In this document: positions 29,668-38,593 of the stretch, piece after piece
Layout: every line of letters starts with the position of its first letter
Position numbering within the stretch: the stretch's first letter is position 1
Source of the DNA: an uncultured Bacilli bacterium
Lineage (GTDB): Bacteria; Bacillota_I; Bacilli_A; RF39; UBA660
Direction: 5' to 3'
Assembly (NCBI GenBank): GCA_934086815.1
Contig: CAKOIM010000004.1
Coordinates: 1-59,952 of the forward strand
DNA: 59,952 nucleotides
Made by a program: the position numbers and the translations under genes
The notes under the pieces: model-generated
Databases searched by the model: none
What the model was told of the DNA's origin: nothing
The model's input: only the letters and a program-made list of their open reading frames with translations

Positions 29668-30906
29668 CTTTAATTCAACAGTTAATTTACCTTTAAATGA
29701 TTTACCTTGATCATAATTTTGTTCATCTTGTGTACCATGTAAAGTAAATGAAACTGTGTAACTTTGTTTTGTATGTGGGGCAATTGCTATATCACTAGCT
29801 AGTGTCCCATTTGTAAATGGCGCTGTTTTAAAGTCTTGCTTATAACCACTATAATCACTCCATACTTTAACCCAGAAATTATTACTTTCAAAAGTATTAA
29901 CTACATCTATCCATTTTAAATTATAGTATAATACTTTATCTGTTTTATTTTCAATTGTAAATTTAACATCTGGCACTTTTGTATTAACATTTCCCGTTTG
30001 ATCATCCGGATATAAATCATTTAATTTAATATTATTACCATTTTCAAATATAACTACTAAAGCGGCCGTATCAAGGGATATATTATCATCACCCCCAATA
30101 ATTAATTCGCCATTTTTATCTTTTCCAGATATATAAGCACAATTACGATCACAAATACCATCTCCATCTTCATCGATATTTACATCAGGTACTCCATCCC
30201 CATTAGTATCAACATTTAAATCTGGTATCCCATCACCATTAGTATCTATATTTATATCGGGCTTACCATCTCCATCTAAGTCTATATTTATATCCGGCCA
30301 TCCATCATTATCCGTATCACAGTTTAAATCACAAACACCATTACCATCTAAATCTTGATTTATTTTATTAAATATAGTACCATCTTCTCTTTTAACATTA
30401 AATATAGCTTTTCTATTACCTTGATAATCAATATTTAAATCAGGTTTCTTATCTTTATTAGTATCACAATTAATATCACAAATACCATCACCATCTAAAT
30501 CAATGTTTAAATCAGCTATACCATCACCATTTAAATCAATATTTAAATTAGTATATCTTAAAAATTTAATTCCAGAATAAGTAGCAAAACCACAAAGAAA
30601 TAAAAATACAAGAAAAAATATAATAAATAATGGAGTATTTTTACTTTTAACAAAATTAAATATTAATTTATTACCTTCTTTTTTAACACATAAATTATAA
30701 GGCAAATACATTTCATTATCTTTATTATCAAAAGCAACATTTAATACTTTTTCAATATATTTATTTTTAATATCTAATTCTTCTTCATATAATTTATTTA
30801 AAGTATCTTTAATTAATTTATCTTGCTCATTATTTTTAAGTAACATAAACTCTTTTAAATTAATCGTATCTTTATTTCCCATATATTTATTATTATTTTT
30901 CTTCAT
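29656..30906 (-). CDS. Single-pass membrane protein with calcium-binding DxDGDGxxD repeats (thrombospondin type-3-like) and a beta-rich C-terminal domain
   Basis: 416 aa. TM segment LFIIFFLVFLFLCGFATYSGI. Nine D-x-[DN]-x-D-G/K-x-x-D repeats (e.g. DLDGDGKPDINIDTNGDGIPDLNVDTNGDGVPD) and three CDxNC pairs. Confidence 0.6.
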   Translation of the reverse strand: MKKNNNKYMGNKDTINLKEFMLLKNNEQDKLIKDTLNKLYEEELDIKNKYIEKVLNVAFDNKDNEMYLPYNLCVKKEGNKLIFNFVKSKNTPLFIIFFLVFLFLCGFATYSGIKFLRYTNLNIDLNGDGIADLNIDLDGDGICDINCDTNKDKKPDLNIDYQGNRKAIFNVKREDGTIFNKINQDLDGNGVCDLNCDTDNDGWPDINIDLDGDGKPDINIDTNGDGIPDLNVDTNGDGVPDVNIDEDGDGICDRNCAYISGKDKNGELIIGGDDNISLDTAALVVIFENGNNIKLNDLYPDDQTGNVNTKVPDVKFTIENKTDKVLYYNLKWIDVVNTFESNNFWVKVWSDYSGYKQDFKTAPFTNGTLASDIAIAPHTKQSYTVSFTLHGTQDEQNYDQGKSFKGKLTVELKEDK

Positions 30907-30923
30907 AATGCATCCTTCCTATA

Positions 30924-32009
30924 TTATTTTAACATAGATAAGTTCTTTTTTCTTTTTTTATCTATATCTATAAAGTAATTATCAATTACTCTTCTTACAC
31001 TATTAATTGTTTTTTCTTTTCTTTTATTTGCACTTACAAATTCTTTTTCTAATAACTTTTTAAATTCTTTTTCTGTTATATCACCATCAAAAACAAAATC
31101 ATTTACAAGTTTAGATATAATAGCACTATTATACTCTATTTCTTTAGTTTCTTTTTCCCCTAGGGCATCGTTATTAATAAAAAACGCTAAATCATACTTA
31201 TTTTTAATTTTATTATTATTAATATATTCAGTTCTCTTATCTATTTGAGTTATAGGTTTAATATTATTTTTTTCTAAGTATTCCCATAACTCTAAGGCTT
31301 TAATAAAATTAGGTTCTTTTAATATTACATTAGTTTTTCTAATCGGACTACGAACTGGACTAGATTCTTTTAAACTTTTTATAAATGTAGATGCTCTAAA
31401 CATAGCAATAATATCTTTAATATGTTCTATTCTTTCATTTAAAGAATGTCCATCTTTACTATTATTTACTTCAGTATTTTTTTTACTTGTAATATTTAAA
31501 CTAATATTTACTTCTTCACCATTTTTTTTCATTATTCCCTTATAAGTTACTTCATCGTTTATTTTAGCATAACTTCTTTGATCAGATTCTTGTAACTTAG
31601 TATTTACAAATTGAAATAAATTATCTACTAAAGATTTGATGAATCTATTTTCATATAAATCAACAGTTTCTTCTCTATAAACATTTAATAACTTAAGTGG
31701 AATAACCGTACCATCTTCTTGTACTTCTTGAATCATACTAGTGTGTTGAGCTAAATGTCTAATAGATTCTTCTGTTACTACTTTAGCTTTTTCTATTGGC
31801 ACAATATTTTCTTCTTGAACAATAAATCTTCTTGGATTTCTAATAATATTATCAAGATAAGGGATACATTCTTCGACCATATCTATCCATGAAGTATCAC
31901 TTACCTTACTATCTATATCTCTTTTTATTGTCATATTAGATGATGTTGCATTAACAAACTTTAAAGCTTCATCAACATCAAAATTATTAATATAATCATT
32001 TATATTCAT
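30924..32009 (-). CDS. Hypothetical protein in the McrC-like position, with no nuclease motif seen
   Basis: 361 aa. It starts 7 nt after the McrB-like gene (TAGGTGAATTATG). No PD-(D/E)xK signature found by eye. A DLYENRFIKSLV block is vaguely reminiscent of McrC/DUF2357 N-terminal regions. Confidence 0.45.
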   Translation of the reverse strand: MNINDYINNFDVDEALKFVNATSSNMTIKRDIDSKVSDTSWIDMVEECIPYLDNIIRNPRRFIVQEENIVPIEKAKVVTEESIRHLAQHTSMIQEVQEDGTVIPLKLLNVYREETVDLYENRFIKSLVDNLFQFVNTKLQESDQRSYAKINDEVTYKGIMKKNGEEVNISLNITSKKNTEVNNSKDGHSLNERIEHIKDIIAMFRASTFIKSLKESSPVRSPIRKTNVILKEPNFIKALELWEYLEKNNIKPITQIDKRTEYINNNKIKNKYDLAFFINNDALGEKETKEIEYNSAIISKLVNDFVFDGDITEKEFKKLLEKEFVSANKRKEKTINSVRRVIDNYFIDIDKKRKKNLSMLK

Positions 32010-32016
32010 AATTCAC

Positions 32017-33501
32017 CTATATAGTCTTTTTAAGTCTTAATAAATAAGCTTTACATTCCGGTGTTTTATCTACGCCAAATAATTTATCTAAATATTTAAT
32101 TAAGCCATCTATTTCATCTTTAATATATGCTAAATTAAGTTGTTCAAATTTACGTAAAATTTTATGAGCAATAACATAATCTATACCTGCGACTTCTTCC
32201 CCACCACAAGCAATAAAAGCAGGAACAAATTCTTTTAATTGTTTTACTATTCTATTACCAAAAGCAAGTCTAAAGTGATCAATTACATAACGATCTAATT
32301 GAGCTACTTTTTCTAACATTTCAGCACTTACAGGATTATTATTAGCGGCATCTTTAAATAATTTATCTAAATAAGCATAACTTGTTTTAACACTTTCAGT
32401 TTCCGGAGCTTCAAAAGCTTCACATTTATCATCAATAGCAATAGGCATAGCTCTATCATATACTTTATCAGTAATCATAAATGTTGAGTCATCATTATTA
32501 ATTGTACCTATATACCACATATTTTCAGGTATCTTTAATTTACCATTTTCAAGTAATTTAGGATCACTTGGCCATACATTAGGAACTAATTCTACGGCCC
32601 AGTCTTTTTTATTAGGAAGTTCAAGAATTGATAACATTTCAGCAAAATAATATTCAACACGAGAAATATTCATTTCATCTAAAAGGGTAATATAAACTTC
32701 ATCAGTGTATTCGGCTTCATACATTTTTTCTAATATTTCTGTTTCATTAAATTTCTTTGTAAATTCATTAAAATATCCAAATATTTCGGTTGAATCTCTC
32801 CATGATGGTTGAACTGATGCTACAGTTGTTTCATTATCAATAAATGAACCAAAAGCATATGCAAGTGATGTTTTACCTGTTCCAGATATACCTTCTAAAA
32901 TAATTAATTTATTTGATGCAAATGAAGATATAAATAGACGAATTAAATTAATATCATAATAAAGATGTAATTTAGATGCCGAGTAATTTCTGAATATATC
33001 ACAAAATTCCTTTAAAGTAAAATTATTTGTAATAAGTTCTTTAGACATACCTTCATATTTATTATCAACATTACTCAATTTAAAGAATCTTGAATCACCT
33101 TCTTTTAATTCATTATTAATTGTTCCGTCTTCACTAATATTTAATTCCTTTATCTTATCAGTTTGACGTTTCAATTTAAATATTTCATTATTTAAAGAAT
33201 CAATTTCTTCAATTAACATATCTTCTTTTTTAACATTTCTTCTATATCTTATATAGGTTTTAATAGATTTATAAATAAGTAATATAATTAGACCAAAAAT
33301 AATAATTAAAAAAACAATTGATAAAATCATTATTAAAAGTCCCATTCCTGTTAAATCATTTTTATAATCACCAACAACAGTTATATAATTAACAATGTTA
33401 AACATTTGAAATAAACCTTCTCCAATACCCTTAAATATTTTTACTAATCCTTCAAATAAAGGCTCCATAAACTTTGTAAAAAATTCACCATATATACTCA
33501 T
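32017..33501 (-). CDS. Membrane-anchored McrB-family (COG1401, AAA_5) AAA+ GTPase
   Basis: 494 aa. TM segment GLLIMILSIVFLIIIFGLIILLIY, then coiled-coil-like EEIDSLNNEIFKLKRQTDKIKEL. Walker A is EGISGTGKTS and Walker B is ITLLDEMNISRVEYYFAEMLSILE. IGTINNDDST corresponds to the McrB MNTADRS signature. Confidence 0.7.
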   Translation of the reverse strand: MSIYGEFFTKFMEPLFEGLVKIFKGIGEGLFQMFNIVNYITVVGDYKNDLTGMGLLIMILSIVFLIIIFGLIILLIYKSIKTYIRYRRNVKKEDMLIEEIDSLNNEIFKLKRQTDKIKELNISEDGTINNELKEGDSRFFKLSNVDNKYEGMSKELITNNFTLKEFCDIFRNYSASKLHLYYDINLIRLFISSFASNKLIILEGISGTGKTSLAYAFGSFIDNETTVASVQPSWRDSTEIFGYFNEFTKKFNETEILEKMYEAEYTDEVYITLLDEMNISRVEYYFAEMLSILELPNKKDWAVELVPNVWPSDPKLLENGKLKIPENMWYIGTINNDDSTFMITDKVYDRAMPIAIDDKCEAFEAPETESVKTSYAYLDKLFKDAANNNPVSAEMLEKVAQLDRYVIDHFRLAFGNRIVKQLKEFVPAFIACGGEEVAGIDYVIAHKILRKFEQLNLAYIKDEIDGLIKYLDKLFGVDKTPECKAYLLRLKKTI

Positions 33502-34574
33502 TACTCTTCCTCCTTATTTTTTACAATAAAATTAATATTCATTTTCATAAAATTATTTTTATTATCTAAATTATTAATTAAAAATTCTTTTTTTACTAAA
33601 TACTTTGTATTGTCTTCAAATATAGTACTATTAATATTTGCTGTATCATAATAATCATAAATTACTTCGACTTCATTAGTTCGATAATTATTTATAATTT
33701 TTTGATAATCTACTTCTTCTTCATAAGGAATTAAAATACTAACAAATTCTTTAATATAATTATCATGAAAAAACTTACTAATATTTAATTTCTTCATTGA
33801 CTTATTTATTTTAACCATATATTTTGGCATATCTCTATTACTAATAAGCTCTTTTAAAATGTAGTAATCTATTAATGTCAATTTTAATTCACATAACTTA
33901 TCTTCATATTTTTTTAAAACTTTTTGTGTAAGTTTTTGATCAAATTCTTTTAATTCTGGTATTTCATAATCAAATACTATCTCATAATATAAAGGATTAT
34001 TACTTATCATTTTAAATGTTAATTTATATTCCTCACTATCAAATGCCTCTAAAACCTTTTTATCATTACTATTGTTTTTCTTTATTTCTTCAAACAAATC
34101 ATTAATTATATACTTATTATCTTTTATTTTAAGTATCTTAGTCTTAGCTAAATAATTAAGTAAATACTTAAACTTTTCTTTAGTATCTACTATATTTCCA
34201 TCTATAACATTACTTGCTATATCAACATAACAACTAGTACAAATAATAACTGATAATAAAAATGTTTCATTCTTTAGATCAGATAAAATACTCGTTTTAT
34301 TTTCTTCTTTAATATAGTCAATTAAAGATTTTAACACAAAATTAATATTATCATTAGCATATTCAATAGGATTGTCACGATGCTTATTATTTTGAAAATA
34401 ATATAGATTTACGTACCTTTCTAAAATTTCTGAAGCATAAGTTGTAAATTCCCTTTTATTTTGCCACATTTTATTATCTTCGACACTAATTAAATTTTCT
34501 AAAATTTTGGCATACTCTAATAAATCTTTCTCCTTTTTCTCAACGTATTTATTAATAATGCTTACACTCACCAC
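33501..34574 (-). CDS. Hypothetical cytoplasmic protein, first gene of the operon
   Basis: 357 aa with a GTG start after AGGGTGA. No recognisable motif. Its stop overlaps the next start (TAATG), with AGGAGG inside its last codons. Confidence 0.5.
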   Translation of the reverse strand: MVSVSIINKYVEKKEKDLLEYAKILENLISVEDNKMWQNKREFTTYASEILERYVNLYYFQNNKHRDNPIEYANDNINFVLKSLIDYIKEENKTSILSDLKNETFLLSVIICTSCYVDIASNVIDGNIVDTKEKFKYLLNYLAKTKILKIKDNKYIINDLFEEIKKNNSNDKKVLEAFDSEEYKLTFKMISNNPLYYEIVFDYEIPELKEFDQKLTQKVLKKYEDKLCELKLTLIDYYILKELISNRDMPKYMVKINKSMKKLNISKFFHDNYIKEFVSILIPYEEEVDYQKIINNYRTNEVEVIYDYYDTANINSTIFEDNTKYLVKKEFLINNLDNKNNFMKMNINFIVKNKEEE

Positions 34575-34690
34575 TAGTCACCCTGCCTATTCTTCATAAA
34601 TTATATCAAACAAAAAAATAATATGCAATAAGTTTAGTATTGTATTGCGCATAAAAATAAGATAAAATAAAAATAGAAAGAAGGTATATT

Positions 34691-35404
34691 ATGGAACCAC
34701 ATGTAAACTATGATATGGTAAATAGTAGCAAATATAAAAAAAAGTTAGAACAAATTTCCAAAGAAAGTATTAAAAGTGAAAGACCAATAAAATATAACAC
34801 AAAGACTAAAAAGAAACCTAAAAACTATATGGCGATATTAAAAAAAATAGTTATTTTAACAGGAATTGGGGTTGGTGTTACATTTGCTGGTAAAGGTGTA
34901 ATTAATGCTATTGACACTACTAAAAATTATGCAGAAATAACTAGAGAGTTTGAAAGTGATGTTTTAAACGCTAAACACTCTAGTATTTATAAAATAAACC
35001 CTAATACTAATACTCCTTATGTATATTATAACGAAAGTGAACTAGCAGATACCATATTATATAAGCACCAAGAATTTGATATTGATAGTAGAATATATGG
35101 TGTTTATAGTAGTCTTGGTACTTCTAATAAAAACGAAGTAATGGATGATATTTTTAGACATCTATATAATAATGTTAATGCTCCAGGTTTTGAAGAAAAA
35201 TTTGATGAAACAGTTAAAAAAGCATGTAGCAATCCATCTTTTCAAAAATATTTAGAAGCACATCAAATAAATGAAAAACAATATATTGATAAAATGGAAA
35301 GAATTAAAACAGAATATGCTAAAAGAAATATGAATGCAGACAAATTAAAGGTATTAATAGACGACTTTAATTTAACTAGCGGAGGTAAATCATGGAAGAT
35401 GTAA
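34691..35404 (+). CDS. Hypothetical single-pass membrane protein
   Basis: 237 aa with RBS GAAAGAAGG and a TM segment IVILTGIGVGVTFAG. It is divergent from the four-gene operon. Confidence 0.5.
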   Translation: MEPHVNYDMVNSSKYKKKLEQISKESIKSERPIKYNTKTKKKPKNYMAILKKIVILTGIGVGVTFAGKGVINAIDTTKNYAEITREFESDVLNAKHSSIYKINPNTNTPYVYYNESELADTILYKHQEFDIDSRIYGVYSSLGTSNKNEVMDDIFRHLYNNVNAPGFEEKFDETVKKACSNPSFQKYLEAHQINEKQYIDKMERIKTEYAKRNMNADKLKVLIDDFNLTSGGKSWKM

Positions 35405-35619
35405 AATATATAACAATAGATGGAATTGATTTTATAATTGTCGATGAAATAATAATAAATAATATAAAATACGTATTTTTAGTTAGTGAAAAAGAAAGTT
35501 CTGATCTTCGTATAAAAAAAGTAAATATTATAAATAGCGAAGAATACTTAGTTAATTTAAATGATGAAGAAGAATTTAAAAAAGCTTTAGAAGAATTTAA
35601 TAAAAAAAATAATGTATAA
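35392..35619 (+). CDS. Small acidic protein, possibly DUF1292-like
   Basis: 75 aa, overlapping the previous gene by 13 nt. The pattern DGIDFIIVDEI...YVFLV...NDEEEFKKALEEF resembles DUF1292/UPF0473 proteins. Confidence 0.4.
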   Translation: MEDVKYITIDGIDFIIVDEIIINNIKYVFLVSEKESSDLRIKKVNIINSEEYLVNLNDEEEFKKALEEFNKKNNV

Positions 35620-35684
35620 TTTTTAAAACTATACATATAATAAAAGTATCAAGGATGATATGTTTCCTTGATTGATATAAATAT

Positions 35685-35717
35685 AGATGGGATTATTTTT
35701 TCTCCCATCTTTTTTTA
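35685..35717 (+). terminator. Rho-independent terminator
   Basis: AGATGGGA / TCCCATCT stem followed by 7 T. Confidence 0.65.
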
Positions 35718-36311
35718 TTTTAAATTTTCTTCCATTAGTTCTTTTACAGCGTTATATAAAAGTTCATTTGCTTCTTCTAAGGTTTTATCCCCCACTTTAA
35801 ATGGTTTTCCATATCTAATAGTTAAATTATTACTTCTAAATTTATAATCACCCGTTATACCAAAAGGTACTAAGTAAGCATCTGTTTTTTTAGCCATTGA
35901 TACAGCGCCAAATTTAAATGGTAATAAAAATTTATCAGTTTTATTTCTTGTACCTTCTGGAAATAAACCAATAGCACCATTATTTTTTAAAGTTTTAAGA
36001 GCTTCTTCTTGAGCTTTTTTATCATGATTTTGTCTATCTACGGAAATACATCCAACAGATTTAAAAAACCACCTAGTTTTTTTACTATCAAAATATTCTT
36101 TTTTGGCCATATATCTAATATATCTTTTCGTAGATACAATACTTAGACATTGATCATATAAATGTTTATGGTTACCGACAATTAATATAGCACCATCTTT
36201 TGGTATATTTTCTTTTCCTATAATTCGAGGATGATAATATAACTTAAATATTGGCCCGAGTAACATTTTACCGAATCGATACATAAAAGGCATTTTATTC
36301 ATAATCATCAC
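35715..36311 (-). CDS. plsC: 1-acyl-sn-glycerol-3-phosphate acyltransferase family protein
   Basis: 198 aa with the HX4D motif GNHKHLYD and FPEGTRN. Confidence 0.8.
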   Translation of the reverse strand: MMIMNKMPFMYRFGKMLLGPIFKLYYHPRIIGKENIPKDGAILIVGNHKHLYDQCLSIVSTKRYIRYMAKKEYFDSKKTRWFFKSVGCISVDRQNHDKKAQEEALKTLKNNGAIGLFPEGTRNKTDKFLLPFKFGAVSMAKKTDAYLVPFGITGDYKFRSNNLTIRYGKPFKVGDKTLEEANELLYNAVKELMEENLK

Positions 36312-38025
36312 CTGATGTATCTTCTTGTAAACTTTTAAAATCTACTTTTCCAAGTTTAGTTTTTGGAAGTCTTTTTCTAAATACAAATTCACTGGGAATC
36401 ATATATTTAGCTAATTTTTTTTGACATAATTTCTTTATATCTTCTTTTACAAACATGCTAAAATATCCTTCCTTAAGTACAATAAATGCTTTTGGTACTT
36501 CTTGCTTATAAGGATGAGCTACCCCAACTACACTACATTGTAATACCGCCGGATGACTTTCAATAACACTTTCAATATGGGATGGATAAACATTATAACC
36601 GCTAGTTATAATCATTCTTTTAATACGTCCTTTATAATAAATAAAACCATCTTCATCCATATAACCTAAATCACCCGTATGAAGCCAAATATGACCATCC
36701 TTATGTATTTGTAAAGCTTTATTAGTTTCTAATTCATCATTCAAATATCCTTGCATAAAAGCTTTAGAATGTACACATATTTCACCGACTTCATTATAAT
36801 CTTTAGTATTTCTCGTCGCAGGATCAATTATTTTTACATGATTACCCGCAAGAGGTATACCTACTGAACCAGATTTATTAACATCATCACAAGCTAAACA
36901 TACCGCAGCTAAAGCTTCGGATAACCCATATCCTTGCGTTATTTTCCCTGGAGAATTATGATTCTTTAAGTACTCATTCATTCTATCTTCCAAAGATTTA
37001 GATAAAATATCTCCACCAGATACAATATACTTTAAATTAGATAAATCTAAATTTTTAATATTATTATTACTGATTAAAGCTTCATAAAGTGTTGGAACGC
37101 CAAGTACACATGATGGCTTTTTTTTATGAAAAATTATATCAAACTTTTTAGAATCAAAGGTAGGTATTAAAATTGAATAGCAACCAAGTGCTAAAGGCGT
37201 ATGCATTAATACACTTAATCCAAACCCATGAAAATTAGGCATAATAGCTAAACAACAATCCCCTGGAACAAGATTTTTTAAAGATATTTTTTCTTGAATA
37301 CTAGCTAATATAAAAGCTTTATTTTGAATAACAACATTTTTCGGTTTACCACTAGTTCCTCCACTATGAATTATAACCGCCGGAGTATAACTATCAAATT
37401 TTAAAAATTTTACTGATTCATTTTTATAATATTTTTTAAAGTATTTTTTCCAACTATAATAATTTTCTTTACGTGGAACTTTTACTTTTAATTTTTGCGA
37501 TAAACTATAAACAACTTTCATAGGAACTGGCATATAATCACTAGCACTTACAAATATAACTTCTTTTATATTTACTTCATTTTCTATTTTTAAATATTTA
37601 TCACCAAACGAATCTAACATAATTAAATATTTACTCATCGTAGATTCTAAGCTAAATTTTAATTCATCTTCACTAGATAAAGGATGCACCATATTACATA
37701 TAGCTCCGATTTTATTTAAAGCATATAAAGCCACTAAAACATTTGGAACATTTGGTAAACTAATCGTTACTATATCACCATTTTTAACACCCGCAAAGAC
37801 AAATACTTTTGCCCAAGCATTTATGTCTTCTAAAAATTTTTTATATTTTACTTTTTTCCCCATATATTCATAAGCAATATAATCCGGATACAAATAAGCA
37901 CTCTTTTTTACTTGATCATACATACTTATATTAGGAACTTTAAAATTTAAATCTTCTTTAGAGTAATACTTAGCCCATGGTTCGGGTATTTTTTTTCTTC
38001 TTCTTAAAAAATTAAATATGTTCAT
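36295..38025 (-). CDS. AMP-dependent acyl-CoA/acyl-ACP synthetase (long-chain fatty-acid ligase-like)
   Basis: 576 aa with the AMP-binding signature HSGGTSGKPK, plus GYGLSE and TGDLGYMDEDGFIYYKGR. Confidence 0.85.
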   Translation of the reverse strand: MNIFNFLRRRKKIPEPWAKYYSKEDLNFKVPNISMYDQVKKSAYLYPDYIAYEYMGKKVKYKKFLEDINAWAKVFVFAGVKNGDIVTISLPNVPNVLVALYALNKIGAICNMVHPLSSEDELKFSLESTMSKYLIMLDSFGDKYLKIENEVNIKEVIFVSASDYMPVPMKVVYSLSQKLKVKVPRKENYYSWKKYFKKYYKNESVKFLKFDSYTPAVIIHSGGTSGKPKNVVIQNKAFILASIQEKISLKNLVPGDCCLAIMPNFHGFGLSVLMHTPLALGCYSILIPTFDSKKFDIIFHKKKPSCVLGVPTLYEALISNNNIKNLDLSNLKYIVSGGDILSKSLEDRMNEYLKNHNSPGKITQGYGLSEALAAVCLACDDVNKSGSVGIPLAGNHVKIIDPATRNTKDYNEVGEICVHSKAFMQGYLNDELETNKALQIHKDGHIWLHTGDLGYMDEDGFIYYKGRIKRMIITSGYNVYPSHIESVIESHPAVLQCSVVGVAHPYKQEVPKAFIVLKEGYFSMFVKEDIKKLCQKKLAKYMIPSEFVFRKRLPKTKLGKVDFKSLQEDTSGDDYE

Positions 38026-38029
38026 ATAA

Positions 38030-38593
38030 CTATCCTCTTTCCAATTTTATTATATTATATAACTTTTTATTTTCTTTTTCTAACTCTTTTCCTACCTTTT
38101 CAGGTTTTAAAAACTTAATCTTTAAGCCATTTTTTATTAATTTGTACCTCCCAGTTATTACAAATGGCACTATTAATGTATTAGTATCATAAGCTAATTT
38201 TACTGCGCCCATCTTAAAATCTAACATATGCCCTTCTTTTTCCGTTGTTCCTTCCGGAAATATTCCTACGACTAATTCGCTTTCTAAATAATTCTTAGCT
38301 AAAACTAATGAATTACGACTTTTATTCTTTCTATCAACAGGTATTAATCCCATATTTGCAAATATTATCTTCTTGGGGCCTTTCCAAAGTTCTTGTTTAG
38401 CTAAAAAGTGAACATTCCTCTTAAGAGAAGATATAAGAAGCAAACAATCAAAATTACTAGTATGATTTCCCGCTAAAATTAATCTTCCTTCCTTTGGTAT
38501 ATTTTCTAAACCTTCTATTTTAGGTCTAAAAACAATTTTAAATAAAACAGTTATAATTGGTCTTGTAATTTTATATAAAAGTGCATCACGCAT
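38030..38593 (-). CDS. Second PlsC-family acyltransferase
   Basis: 187 aa with HX4D GNHTSNFD and FPEGTTE. Confidence 0.8.
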   Translation of the reverse strand: MRDALLYKITRPIITVLFKIVFRPKIEGLENIPKEGRLILAGNHTSNFDCLLLISSLKRNVHFLAKQELWKGPKKIIFANMGLIPVDRKNKSRNSLVLAKNYLESELVVGIFPEGTTEKEGHMLDFKMGAVKLAYDTNTLIVPFVITGRYKLIKNGLKIKFLKPEKVGKELEKENKKLYNIIKLERG

